DNA of 64,000 nucleotides from Bacteroidetes bacterium HGW-Bacteroidetes-17 (GTDB taxonomy: Bacteria; Bacteroidota; Bacteroidia; Bacteroidales; GCA-2711565): NCBI GenBank assembly GCA_002840985.1, contig PHDM01000007.1, positions 787 to 64,786 on the forward strand, given 5' to 3'. Below the pieces are notes generated by a model. It did no database searches. It was not told where the DNA came from and was given only the letters and a program-made list of their open reading frames with translations. The position numbers were made by a program, and so were the translations under genes. How positions within the stretch are numbered: the stretch's first letter is position 1; the number at the start of each line of letters is the position of its first letter. Of the stretch, positions 50,250 through 59,356 are shown piece after piece.

Positions 50250-51122
50250 ATGAAAAGAGTTTGGCGAATTATAAGTATCCTAATCATCGTAGTTGTCGTT
50301 TTGGCAGTCATAAAAAGATTTTTTTTTCATCCAAATGTTTATCCACTTAAGGCTTGGGTTTTTGCCTGGGCAGGCGACACAAAAGTACTGGAATCATCGA
50401 CTAATACTATCAGCAAAATAGAACTTAAAAGGCTAAGTAATTTGATTCGGCCTGGAGACATTTTTCTGAACAGGAGCGATTATTATATTTCGAACATTGG
50501 TATCCCGGGCTTTTGGACACACGCCGGATTTTACATCGGAACAGCTAAAGAAAGAGAGGAATTATTTAATAATGATATTGCTTGTGCTGATTGGGTGAAA
50601 ACAAGCGGGGAACCGTCAGGCGATCTGGAAGAATTATTGCGTCATAGATTCGGTTTAGTTTATGAGGCAAATAGTGATAAACGAAATGAGAGGAACATCA
50701 TCGAATCAAAAAGTGAAGGTGTTATTTTATCATCTTTTACTGAAGGGGCACAAAAAGATGGAATTGTTGTTTTGCGCCCGATGATTTCCAAGAGAGAGAT
50801 TGCTGAAGCAATTTATAAGACTTTTGGATTCGTTTCTAAGCCCTATGATTATAATTTTGATTTTTCAACGGACACGGTGATTGCTTGTACCGAACTTGTT
50901 TATAAGGCTTATGAAAATAGCAACTTGTTCCCTCTTAGCAGTATGTTTGGAAAACCATTTGTTACGGCCAACGAAATAGCCGAATATTGTGATTCAAATT
51001 ATGGAACCCCTGAATTGAAATTATCGCTTATTTATATTTATGATGGGAAGAATGGGTATACTACAGAAAATGATACAGCACATCTGATTTTTAGAAAATC
51101 ATGGAATGAATCATTATGGTGA
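50250..51122 (+). CDS. YiiX/C92-like permuted papain-fold (NlpC/P60 superfamily) hydrolase, membrane-anchored
   Basis: 290 aa. N-terminal TM 'IISILIIVVVVLAVI', 'PGDIFLNR', His in 'FWTHAGFYIG', 'KPYDYNFDF', Cys in 'IACTELVYKAY'. Confidence 0.6.
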   Translation: MKRVWRIISILIIVVVVLAVIKRFFFHPNVYPLKAWVFAWAGDTKVLESSTNTISKIELKRLSNLIRPGDIFLNRSDYYISNIGIPGFWTHAGFYIGTAKEREELFNNDIACADWVKTSGEPSGDLEELLRHRFGLVYEANSDKRNERNIIESKSEGVILSSFTEGAQKDGIVVLRPMISKREIAEAIYKTFGFVSKPYDYNFDFSTDTVIACTELVYKAYENSNLFPLSSMFGKPFVTANEIAEYCDSNYGTPELKLSLIYIYDGKNGYTTENDTAHLIFRKSWNESLW

Positions 51123-51173
51123 AATAATAAAGGAGCTGGAAATTCAACCCCTTTATTATTCTCTTTATCAAAA

Positions 51174-52184
51174 CTAGGCGATGGGATATTTTTTAAAAAT
51201 TTCATCTGATTTCATCAGGATGTCAACATATTGAGCACGTTTATAGGCATAAATATCTTTCAAATTGTTCTTTGATAGCTTGCCCCTATAATCGCTGATT
51301 GATTCATAGCCTTTATGTTTCATCCATCCTTCAAGTTCATCAAGCATAGTACTTATTTGTTTTGGCCCTTTCTGATATACGGCACTTACAACCTGGACAC
51401 AATTTGCTCCGGCAAGCAACATTTTAATGACATCAGGTCCGGAAAGTATTCCAGTATTGCTACAGATATCTGCTTTTATATTCCCATACAATAAGCCTGC
51501 ATAGCGCAATGCCAAACGATTGTCCTCATGATGGCTTAGGTTGTACGGAAAATGATGTACTTCTTTTTCAATGTCAATATCCGGTTGGAACAAACGATTG
51601 AAAAGCACAAATCCTTTGACGCCAATCTTATCCATTTCATTAATGATGTATAACGGATTTGTATAGAAAGGGCTTAGTTTAACGCTTACAGGGATTTTGA
51701 CAATTTTAACAATTGATTCGAGGATGTCAATTTGTTCCTGTACGATGGCTTTGCCCATCACATCGAATTCATAGTTTGTTGAATAAAAGTTCAATTCCAA
51801 TGCATCAACACCGGTTTGTTCAATTTTTTGTGCATATTCAACCCAACTTTCCTCATAAACAGCATTCAAACTTGCAATGAGCGGAATCTGAACGGCGTCC
51901 TTTGCTTTTCTTAAATGAAACAAAAACTCTTCTGGCCCTGCATCTTCCAGATTTGTCATGCCCGAAGTCATCTCCGCATGACGGGCTCCATAGTCTTCTT
52001 CTGTTTGATATTGTTGTAAATTCTCTAATTGAATTTGTTCCTCAAATAGCGATTTATATACGATTGCACCGGCACCGGCATCTTCAAGTCTTTTGAGTAT
52101 ATTAAGGTCTTTCACAAGATTACTTGCTCCAACGATGATTGGATTTTTAAGTTCCAGTCCCAGATATTTTGTCTTCAAGTTCAT
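51174..52184 (-). CDS. Dihydroorotate dehydrogenase-like TIM-barrel flavoprotein (non-canonical PyrD/PreA relative)
   Basis: 336 aa. 'LKNPIIVGAS' and 'PVSVKLSP'. The catalytic-loop position reads 'ELNFYSTN' where class 1A DHODs have 'ELNLSCPN'. The 'GGLSG' motif is absent. Confidence 0.75.
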   Translation of the reverse strand: MNLKTKYLGLELKNPIIVGASNLVKDLNILKRLEDAGAGAIVYKSLFEEQIQLENLQQYQTEEDYGARHAEMTSGMTNLEDAGPEEFLFHLRKAKDAVQIPLIASLNAVYEESWVEYAQKIEQTGVDALELNFYSTNYEFDVMGKAIVQEQIDILESIVKIVKIPVSVKLSPFYTNPLYIINEMDKIGVKGFVLFNRLFQPDIDIEKEVHHFPYNLSHHEDNRLALRYAGLLYGNIKADICSNTGILSGPDVIKMLLAGANCVQVVSAVYQKGPKQISTMLDELEGWMKHKGYESISDYRGKLSKNNLKDIYAYKRAQYVDILMKSDEIFKKYPIA

Positions 52185-52345
52185 ACGATAGTTTTTTAAG
52201 TTAATTAAATGATAGGATTGTACTAATCCTATGTATCACAAATATATTAAAAAGTTCACTTTATTCACAATCTAAATTCAATATAAATTATGGGTTTTAT
52301 TGTCGAATTTTGGGTTAAAGTAATAAGTGTCAGAGGTAAAATAAC

Positions 52346-52353
52346 TAATTTTG
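52346..52353 (+). promoter_or_regulatory. Candidate Bacteroidota -7 promoter box (TAnnTTTG) for PFOR
   Basis: TAATTTTG lies 58 nt upstream of the ATG at 52412. There is no well-spaced -33 element. Confidence 0.3.
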
Positions 52354-52411
52354 TGCAGATTTTGATCAGGCGTCGAGAAATATTATATAAAGACCTTAAA
52401 ATAAATTGATT

Positions 52412-55400
52412 ATGAAAAAAAACAAAAAATTTATCACCTGTGATGGAAATTATGCCGCAGCTCATGTGGCTTATATGTTCAGCGAGGTAGCTGCCATTTA
52501 TCCAATTACTCCGTCATCAACGATGGCCGAGTATATTGATGAATGGGCTGCATTTGGACGTAAAAACCTATTTGGTGAGCAGGTAAAGGTAGTTGAAATG
52601 CAATCGGAAGGTGGAGCTGCAGGTGCAGTACACGGCAGTTTGCAATCAGGTGCTTTAACATCAACTTTCACCGCATCACAGGGCTTATTGCTGATGATTC
52701 CTAATATGTATAAAATTGCAGGTGAATTATTACCTGGTGTTTTCCATGTAAGTGCACGTAGTTTAGCGGCTCAGGCCCTTTCTATTTTTGGTGATCATAG
52801 CGACGTTATGTCGACCCGTCAAACAGGTTTTGCCATGATGGCTACCGGCAGTGTACAAGAAGTTATGGATTTGGGAGCCATTGCACATCTTGCCTCTATA
52901 AAAACTAGAATTCCTTTCTTGCATTTCTTTGATGGGTTCAGAACTTCTCACGAAATTCAAAAAGTTGAATATTTTGAAAATGATGACTTGAGAGATTTGG
53001 TGGATTGGGATGCATTACAAGCCTACCGTAATAACGCATTAAACCCTGAGCATCCGGTAACAAGAGGGACTGCTCAAAATCCGGATATTTATTTCCAATC
53101 GCGCGAAGCAGCCAATAAATTTTATGACCCGATTCCGGATGTAGTTGAAGACTATATGAAAGAGATTACAAAAAAAACGGGCCGTGAATACCATCCATTC
53201 ACCTATTATGGTGCAGCAAACGCTGAAAATGTGATTGTGGCGATGGGTTCAATTACTGAAACAATTAAAGAGGTTGTTGATTATTTGAATGCAAAAGGTG
53301 AAAAAGTTGGACTAATTTCAGTTCACTTGTACCGACCATTCTCTGAAAAGTACTTTTTAAAGGTAATGCCTAAGTCAGTTAAACGTATCGCTGTTCTTGA
53401 CAGAACTAAAGAACCGGGTGCAAATGGCGAACCTTTGTACATGGATATCCGTGAGTTGTATTATGAAAAAGCTGACAAGCCTTTGGTTGTTGGTGGTCGT
53501 TACGGTTTAAGTTCAAAAGATACCACTCCGGCAATGATGGTTTCGGTGTTTGAGAACTTAAAAATGAAGGAACCGAAAAATTATTTCACAGTAGGTATTG
53601 TTGATGATGTTACTTTTAAATCATTGCCTTTGTTGCCAGAAATTAGTATTGCTGCCAAAGGAACTTATGAAGCTAAATTTTATGGGTTAGGTGCCGATGG
53701 TACCGTTGGTGCAAATAAAAACTCAATCAAAATAATCGGGGATAACACCGACAAATATTGTCAGGCATATTTTGCTTACGACTCAAAAAAATCAGGAGGT
53801 ATTACTGTATCTCATTTACGATTTGGTGATGTTCCTATCAGAGCCCCTTATTTAGTTGGAACCCCAAACTTTGTGGCCTGCCACGTTCCTTCATACCTGA
53901 ATAAATATAATATGTTGAAAGGGTTGAAAAAAGGTGGTACTTTCTTATTGAACTCGATCTGGGATGTTGAAGAAACCAAAAATCAGCTTCCAAATTCAAT
54001 GAAGAAATATCTTGCTGAAAATGACATTAAATTCTATATTATCAATGCAACCAAGATCGCGGATGAAATTGGATTAGGAAACCGAACCAATACCATCATG
54101 CAATCAGCATTCTTTAAAATCGCTGAAGTAATTCCTTACGATTTGGCTGTTGAACAAATGAAGAAATTCATTGTGAAGAGCTTTGGTAGAAAAGGTGAAG
54201 CCATTGTAAAAATGAATAATGCAGCTGTTGATGCAGGTGATGCGGTAACTAAAATTGAAATCCCGGCAGAATGGGCTAAACTGGATGGCGTTGATGTAAC
54301 ACCAAAAAGAAATGTACCTGCTTTTATTTCAGAATTAGCTGACCCAGTAAATAGCCTAAAAGGGGATGATCTTCCGGTTAGTGCATTTTTGGGCCGTGAA
54401 GATGGTACATTCCCATCAGGTACAACTGCTTTTGAAAAACGTGGTATTGCTGTGACAGTTCCTGAATGGCAAGCTGATAATTGTATCCAGTGTAACCAAT
54501 GTGCCTATGTTTGCCCTCACGCTGCAATCCGTCCGTTCCTTGTAAATGAAGCCGAAGAAGCTAATTTGCCGGAAGGAACAAAATTAATCGAAACCAAAGG
54601 TAAATTTGCCCCTCTGAAATTCAGAATTCAGGTTTCTGTATTGGATTGTACCGGTTGCGGTAACTGCGCCGATGTTTGTCCTGCAAAGGAAAAAGCCTTG
54701 GTAATGGAGCCGCTTGAAAGTCAGGGAGCTGAAATTGCACGTTGGGATCATTTTAATGCAAAAGTATCGTACAAAGATCAGGTTGTTGATAAATTCCAAT
54801 CGGTTAAAAATAGTCAGTTTGCTCAACCATTGTTCGAGTTCTCCGGAGCTTGTGCCGGTTGTGGTGAAACTCCTTATATTAAAACAATTACTCAACTATT
54901 TGGTGAGCAAATGATGGTTGCGAATGCAACAGGTTGCTCTTCAATTTATGGTGGTTCTGCCCCTTCAACTCCTTATTGTGAGCATAAAGAAAGCGGAAAT
55001 GGTCCTGCATGGGCTAATTCACTGTTCGAAGACAATGCTGAATATGGTTTAGGTATGGCAACCGGAGTTAACAAAATGCGCGAGCGCATCCTGACAAAAA
55101 TGAAAACCGTAAATGGTGAAGTTTCGGCTGAAACTAAAGCTGCCATGAATGAATGGATCGAAGGTGTAAACGATCGGGTTAAATCGAAAGAAGCTACTGA
55201 TAAATTATTACCATTACTTGAGAAGGAAAGTGCACCCATTGCCAAAGAAATCCTTGCACTTAAACAATATCTTGCTAAAAAGTCAATGTGGATTTTTGGT
55301 GGAGATGGCTGGGCCTATGACATTGGATACGGTGGATTGGATCATGTTCTGGCATCTGGTGAAGATATAAACGTATTGGTATTAGACACCGAGGTTTACT

Positions 55401-55933
55401 CAAACACAGGTGGACAAGCTTCTAAAGCGACTCCGGTTGGAGCTGTTGCCAAATTTGCCACATCAGGTATGAAAACACGTAAAAAGGACCTTGGTTTAAT
55501 GGCGATGACTTATGGCTATGTTTATATTGCACAGGTTGCAATGGGATCAAGCCAGGCCCAATACTTCAAAGCATTGAAAGAAGCTGAGGCATACCCAGGA
55601 CCAAGCTTGATTATTGCTTATGCTCCTTGTATTAACCATGGCTTGCTTGCAGGTATGGGCAAAACACAGGAAGAATCTAATTTAGCAGTTGAATCAGGTT
55701 ACTGGCATTTATACCGTTATAATCCACAGGTAGAGGCTGAAGGTAAAAATCCATTTGTTTTGGATTCAAAAGAACCGGATTGGAGCAAATTCCAGGGATT
55801 CTTAAATGGTGAGGTACGTTATACATCATTAAAGAAATCATTCCCCGGTGAAGCTGCAACCCTTGATAAAATTGCAGAGGATAATGCTAAATGGCGTTAC
55901 AACAATTACAAACGTTTAGCCGAGCAGCAGTAA
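52412..55933 (+). CDS. nifJ: Pyruvate:ferredoxin (flavodoxin) oxidoreductase
   Basis: About 1173 aa. Two 4Fe-4S motifs 'CIQCNQCAYVCP' and 'CTGCGNCADVCP'. TPP motif 'GGDGWAYDIGYGGLDH...NTGGQ'. Confidence 0.96.
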   Translation: MKKNKKFITCDGNYAAAHVAYMFSEVAAIYPITPSSTMAEYIDEWAAFGRKNLFGEQVKVVEMQSEGGAAGAVHGSLQSGALTSTFTASQGLLLMIPNMYKIAGELLPGVFHVSARSLAAQALSIFGDHSDVMSTRQTGFAMMATGSVQEVMDLGAIAHLASIKTRIPFLHFFDGFRTSHEIQKVEYFENDDLRDLVDWDALQAYRNNALNPEHPVTRGTAQNPDIYFQSREAANKFYDPIPDVVEDYMKEITKKTGREYHPFTYYGAANAENVIVAMGSITETIKEVVDYLNAKGEKVGLISVHLYRPFSEKYFLKVMPKSVKRIAVLDRTKEPGANGEPLYMDIRELYYEKADKPLVVGGRYGLSSKDTTPAMMVSVFENLKMKEPKNYFTVGIVDDVTFKSLPLLPEISIAAKGTYEAKFYGLGADGTVGANKNSIKIIGDNTDKYCQAYFAYDSKKSGGITVSHLRFGDVPIRAPYLVGTPNFVACHVPSYLNKYNMLKGLKKGGTFLLNSIWDVEETKNQLPNSMKKYLAENDIKFYIINATKIADEIGLGNRTNTIMQSAFFKIAEVIPYDLAVEQMKKFIVKSFGRKGEAIVKMNNAAVDAGDAVTKIEIPAEWAKLDGVDVTPKRNVPAFISELADPVNSLKGDDLPVSAFLGREDGTFPSGTTAFEKRGIAVTVPEWQADNCIQCNQCAYVCPHAAIRPFLVNEAEEANLPEGTKLIETKGKFAPLKFRIQVSVLDCTGCGNCADVCPAKEKALVMEPLESQGAEIARWDHFNAKVSYKDQVVDKFQSVKNSQFAQPLFEFSGACAGCGETPYIKTITQLFGEQMMVANATGCSSIYGGSAPSTPYCEHKESGNGPAWANSLFEDNAEYGLGMATGVNKMRERILTKMKTVNGEVSAETKAAMNEWIEGVNDRVKSKEATDKLLPLLEKESAPIAKEILALKQYLAKKSMWIFGGDGWAYDIGYGGLDHVLASGEDINVLVLDTEVYSNTGGQASKATPVGAVAKFATSGMKTRKKDLGLMAMTYGYVYIAQVAMGSSQAQYFKALKEAEAYPGPSLIIAYAPCINHGLLAGMGKTQEESNLAVESGYWHLYRYNPQVEAEGKNPFVLDSKEPDWSKFQGFLNGEVRYTSLKKSFPGEAATLDKIAEDNAKWRYNNYKRLAEQQ

Positions 55934-55965
55934 TAAATTGAAAAGCAATTAATTTGTATATTTAT

Positions 55966-55998
55966 AGCCGTCCTGAAATTTCAGGGCGGCTTTTTTTT
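55966..55998 (+). terminator. Rho-independent terminator of PFOR
   Basis: agccgtcctgaaa / tttcagggcggct forms a 13-bp stem with one G-U pair and is followed by T8. Confidence 0.85.
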
Positions 55999-56019
55999 AA
56001 CAAAATTTGAAGTTAAAGA

Positions 56020-56079
56020 AACCCCTATAATCCCCCTATTAATAGGGGGACAGCTCGAACGAAGTGAGAGCAGGGGGTT
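56020..56079. other. GC-rich nested palindromic element containing a perfect 20-bp palindrome
   Basis: tccccctatt|aataggggga (56031-56050). Flanking stem aacccc (56020-56025) / ggggtt (56074-56079). Inner stem gctc/gagc (56053-56056 / 56067-56070). Confidence 0.6.
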
Positions 56080-56101
56080 GAACAATAAAAATAATGATAC
56101 T

Positions 56102-56890
56102 ATGAAAGCGATAAAATTGATCACCTTAACGATTGTGCTTAGCATGCTAACTGCTTGCACATACATTCCTGAAAAGCAAACTATTAATAATGATTCTCTA
56201 TTAATGGCCACTCTTTACCAGCAAAAATCAGCGGAAGTTGAGGCTCTCTGTTATCAGGCATATAATATTGCAGAACTAAGGTTAAACCAAATTCTGGAAA
56301 ATAATCCTTATAAAAAACCATTGGCCATTGTTGTAGATGTGGATGAAACCGTTTTGGATAACAGCCCTTTTGAAGCAAAATCGATCCTGGAAAATAGTGA
56401 TTACCCGACTTATTGGAAAGAGTGGATGGAATTGGCCAATGCAAAAGCCTTGCCCGGTGCAGTTGAGTTTTTGAATTATGCTTCGTCGAAAGGTGTGGAA
56501 ACATTTTATATCACCAACCGAAAAGTGGAATTTCATGATGCCACGATGAAAAACCTTAAGGATAAAGGTTTTCCTCATGTTGATGAAGCCCATATCATGC
56601 TCAGGTCAACGGAATCAAATAAAGAAGCACGCCGGCAAAAGGTTTTGGAAACCCATGAAATTGTACTTTTAATGGGAGATAACCTGAATGATTTTACCGA
56701 TTTGTTTGAAGCAAATTCAATTGCCGAAAGACATCAAAATGTGATCGACCTAAAAGCTGAATTTGGAAAAAAATTCATCATTTTACCAAATGCTACTTAT
56801 GGTGCATGGATGGATGCACTTATGAATTATGAAAATTTGCCTAAAGAAGAGAAGTTAAAGAAGTTGAAGGAAGGACTTGAGGGATTTTAA
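56102..56890 (+). CDS. Lipoprotein e(P4)-family 5'-nucleotidase / class C acid phosphatase (HAD, DDDD)
   Basis: Lipobox 'LSMLTAC', 'VVDVDETVLDN', 'GDNLNDF'. I prefer the ATG at 56102 over the TTG at 56078. Confidence 0.88.
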   Translation: MKAIKLITLTIVLSMLTACTYIPEKQTINNDSLLMATLYQQKSAEVEALCYQAYNIAELRLNQILENNPYKKPLAIVVDVDETVLDNSPFEAKSILENSDYPTYWKEWMELANAKALPGAVEFLNYASSKGVETFYITNRKVEFHDATMKNLKDKGFPHVDEAHIMLRSTESNKEARRQKVLETHEIVLLMGDNLNDFTDLFEANSIAERHQNVIDLKAEFGKKFIILPNATYGAWMDALMNYENLPKEEKLKKLKEGLEGF

Positions 56891-56989
56891 GGATTGCCAG
56901 TTTTCGATTTTCGATTTTCAATTGAAAAGTAATCAAATTCAAATTTAGGACAAAATAGACTATTTGGTATTAAAGAGAAAATTGATGCC

Positions 56990-57346
56990 ATGAGAATTGA
57001 GATTGAAAATCGCTTAATAAATTTTTCTGTTTCTATAATTAATCTTTGTAGAAATCTAAATCAGGAATTTGTATCAGAACACCTGTCTGCGCAAATTATC
57101 AGATCATCAACCAGCTCTGCGCTAAATTATGGCAAGGCGTAAGGAGCTGAATCCAGAAAAGATTTTGCGCATAAAATAAGTACTATATTAAAAGAATTAA
57201 GGGAAACTCAAATAAGTTTGAAAATTATCAAACAGGCGCAACTAAATAAAAAGGCCGATTTTAATGATGATTTAATAAAAGAATGCGGAGAATTGATTGC
57301 TATATTCCACAAGACAATAATTACTACCCGAACAAAAAATTCTTAA
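56990..57346 (+). pseudogene. Four-helix-bundle protein (23S rRNA intervening-sequence protein family) interrupted by an in-frame TAA
   Basis: Translation is MRIEIENRLINFSVSIINLCRNLNQEFVSEHLSAQIIRSSTSSALNYGKA*GAESRKDFAHKISTILKELRETQISLKIIKQ... The stop codon is at 57140-57142 (codon 51). The family motifs 'RSxTSxxxNYxEA' and 'SxxDFxHKxxIxxKELxET' lie on opposite sides of the stop. Confidence 0.7.
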
Positions 57347-57383
57347 ATCAAACGTTGACAATCAACAATTGACAATCTGCAAT

Positions 57384-59150
57384 TTATTCTACCTTTATTT
57401 CATATGGCAAAATCGCCTGCAACCCTTTGCTGTTTTTCAAAGCTCTTAAATGCTTGATAAAACCATAATCGCTGCCCAATTCTCTTTCAATGGCAGAGAC
57501 TTGAACGTCACCTGTTATTTGTTTCATCATGGTCACGAGAAAATCTTCCTGAATCGGAAGTTCCTGGATGCGAAAATCCGGAAGATCGGCCAACTCTTTT
57601 GCCAATTCTATTGCCTCTGTCAGTCCTCCAAATTGATCAATCAATCCAAGTTCTATGGCATCTTCACCACTCCAAATTCTACCCTGGCCGATGCTGTCCA
57701 CAAATTCTTTTCTCAAGTTTCTTCCATCTGCTACATGCGCTATAAAGGTTTCATAAGTATTTTCAATCATTGAAGTCATTACTTCTCTTTCGAATGGAGT
57801 AAATTGTCTTGTTGTGCTAATAAATTCTGAGTTTTTATTGGTACCTACATTATCAATCGTAATCCCGAGCTTATCATTTAATAATCCTTTAATATTGGGG
57901 ATTATACCAAAAACCCCAATAGAGCCTGTTAAACAAGAACGATTGGCCATAATCCTGGTCGCATTACAAGTGGCCCAATATCCGCCTGATGCCGACAAAT
58001 CGCCATAAGATGCAATAAGGGGCTTAGTTACCGCTGCCAGCTCAATTTCCCTTCTCAAAATCTCAGAAGCTAATACATCACCACCGCCTGAATTTATACG
58101 AAAGACGATTGCTTTAACTGATTTGTCGGTCCGAGCTTGTCGTATTGCCCTTGAAACTCTTTGCGCTCCAACAACCTGGTCATCACCTTCCATATTTATG
58201 ATGGTGCCACTTGCATAAACAACCGCAATTTTATTTCGACTGAGCGTACGACCTATGGTTGGGCTGTTATTATAACTGTACAAGCTGAGTGATTCGATTT
58301 TTTGATCTTCAGTCAAATTTAGTTTCTCACGAAGCTGCGCCAATACTTCATCTTTATAAAGTAGTTTGTCAACAAATTTATATTTCAAAGCATCTTCCGG
58401 TTGCCTGATTTTAAGTTCATCCGCGATTGCATTAAGCTCTTCAACACTAATATTTCTGCTAATTGAGATGGAGGATAACACTAAATTCCAAACATCATCC
58501 AGATATTTCTTTGTTTGTTCCTTATTTTCCGGGCTCATCTTTTGTTCGGTATAGGGTTCAATGGCACTCTTGAATTTTCCATGTCGCACAATCTGAGCTT
58601 CAACCGAAAGCTTATCAAACAAACCTTTATAAAACATTACTTCAGCATTCAATCCTTTAAACAACATCATTCCTTCAGGATTAAAATAAATTTCATCTGC
58701 TACAGTAGCCATATAGTAAGCAGTTTGCGAAAATATTTCCCCATAACAAACAATAAATTTTCCGGATTCCTTAAATCTTTCCAGAGCTGATCTGATTTCT
58801 TCAATGGTTGAAATACCAGCCGGGATATAACTTAACTCTAAATAAATCCCTTTGATTTTATCGTCGTTTTTAGCTTTATCAATCGCCTTTAAAATATCAT
58901 TCAACCCAAGGGAGTTGGTGGGTGCAAAAGAGAATAAACTGGCCGTTGAAAACGGATTATTTGAGGTTCGTTCAAAGATGGTTTGGTTGAGTTTTATCTG
59001 TAATAAGGTGTTATCCTTAACGGTTACCACTTCTTTTTCGGCAAAGGCAAGTAAGGAGCTAATGAGTCCAAGTGTCAGGAAGAAAAGAATTATTGAAGCA
59101 ATAAAGAAGCCCAACATGGAGGCAAACATAAATTTGAAAAATTGTTTCAT
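57384..59150 (-). CDS. sppA: Signal peptide peptidase SppA, 67K type (tandem S49 domains)
   Basis: 588 aa. N-terminal TM segment, 'ASGGYW' nucleophile region 'GDLSASGGYWATC', and a first degenerate S49 domain 'YGEIFSQTAYYMA'. Confidence 0.92.
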   Translation of the reverse strand: MKQFFKFMFASMLGFFIASIILFFLTLGLISSLLAFAEKEVVTVKDNTLLQIKLNQTIFERTSNNPFSTASLFSFAPTNSLGLNDILKAIDKAKNDDKIKGIYLELSYIPAGISTIEEIRSALERFKESGKFIVCYGEIFSQTAYYMATVADEIYFNPEGMMLFKGLNAEVMFYKGLFDKLSVEAQIVRHGKFKSAIEPYTEQKMSPENKEQTKKYLDDVWNLVLSSISISRNISVEELNAIADELKIRQPEDALKYKFVDKLLYKDEVLAQLREKLNLTEDQKIESLSLYSYNNSPTIGRTLSRNKIAVVYASGTIINMEGDDQVVGAQRVSRAIRQARTDKSVKAIVFRINSGGGDVLASEILRREIELAAVTKPLIASYGDLSASGGYWATCNATRIMANRSCLTGSIGVFGIIPNIKGLLNDKLGITIDNVGTNKNSEFISTTRQFTPFEREVMTSMIENTYETFIAHVADGRNLRKEFVDSIGQGRIWSGEDAIELGLIDQFGGLTEAIELAKELADLPDFRIQELPIQEDFLVTMMKQITGDVQVSAIERELGSDYGFIKHLRALKNSKGLQAILPYEIKVE

Positions 59151-59356
59151 AGTTGTAATATTTTATGATCCGGTATTTGAAATTGCCTTTAATATAATTG
59201 ATTGGACACTCAATGACAGACCCTGTTTTCTATCTGTAAAAGTATGAAAAAATGAATTAGGCAGGGTATTAACACAATATTGTGAATAACAAAAATTTGA
59301 ACAAATAATACCTAATCGTTTTGATCTGATATTTGTACTAATGTGATGATTATTAC

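Noticed and set aside
51123-51160. The hairpin aataataaagg / cctttattatt between the YiiX-like and DHOD-like genes as a terminator.
   Set aside because: The stem is almost entirely A-T with a 16-nt loop and no flanking T-run on either strand. It is too weak to call.
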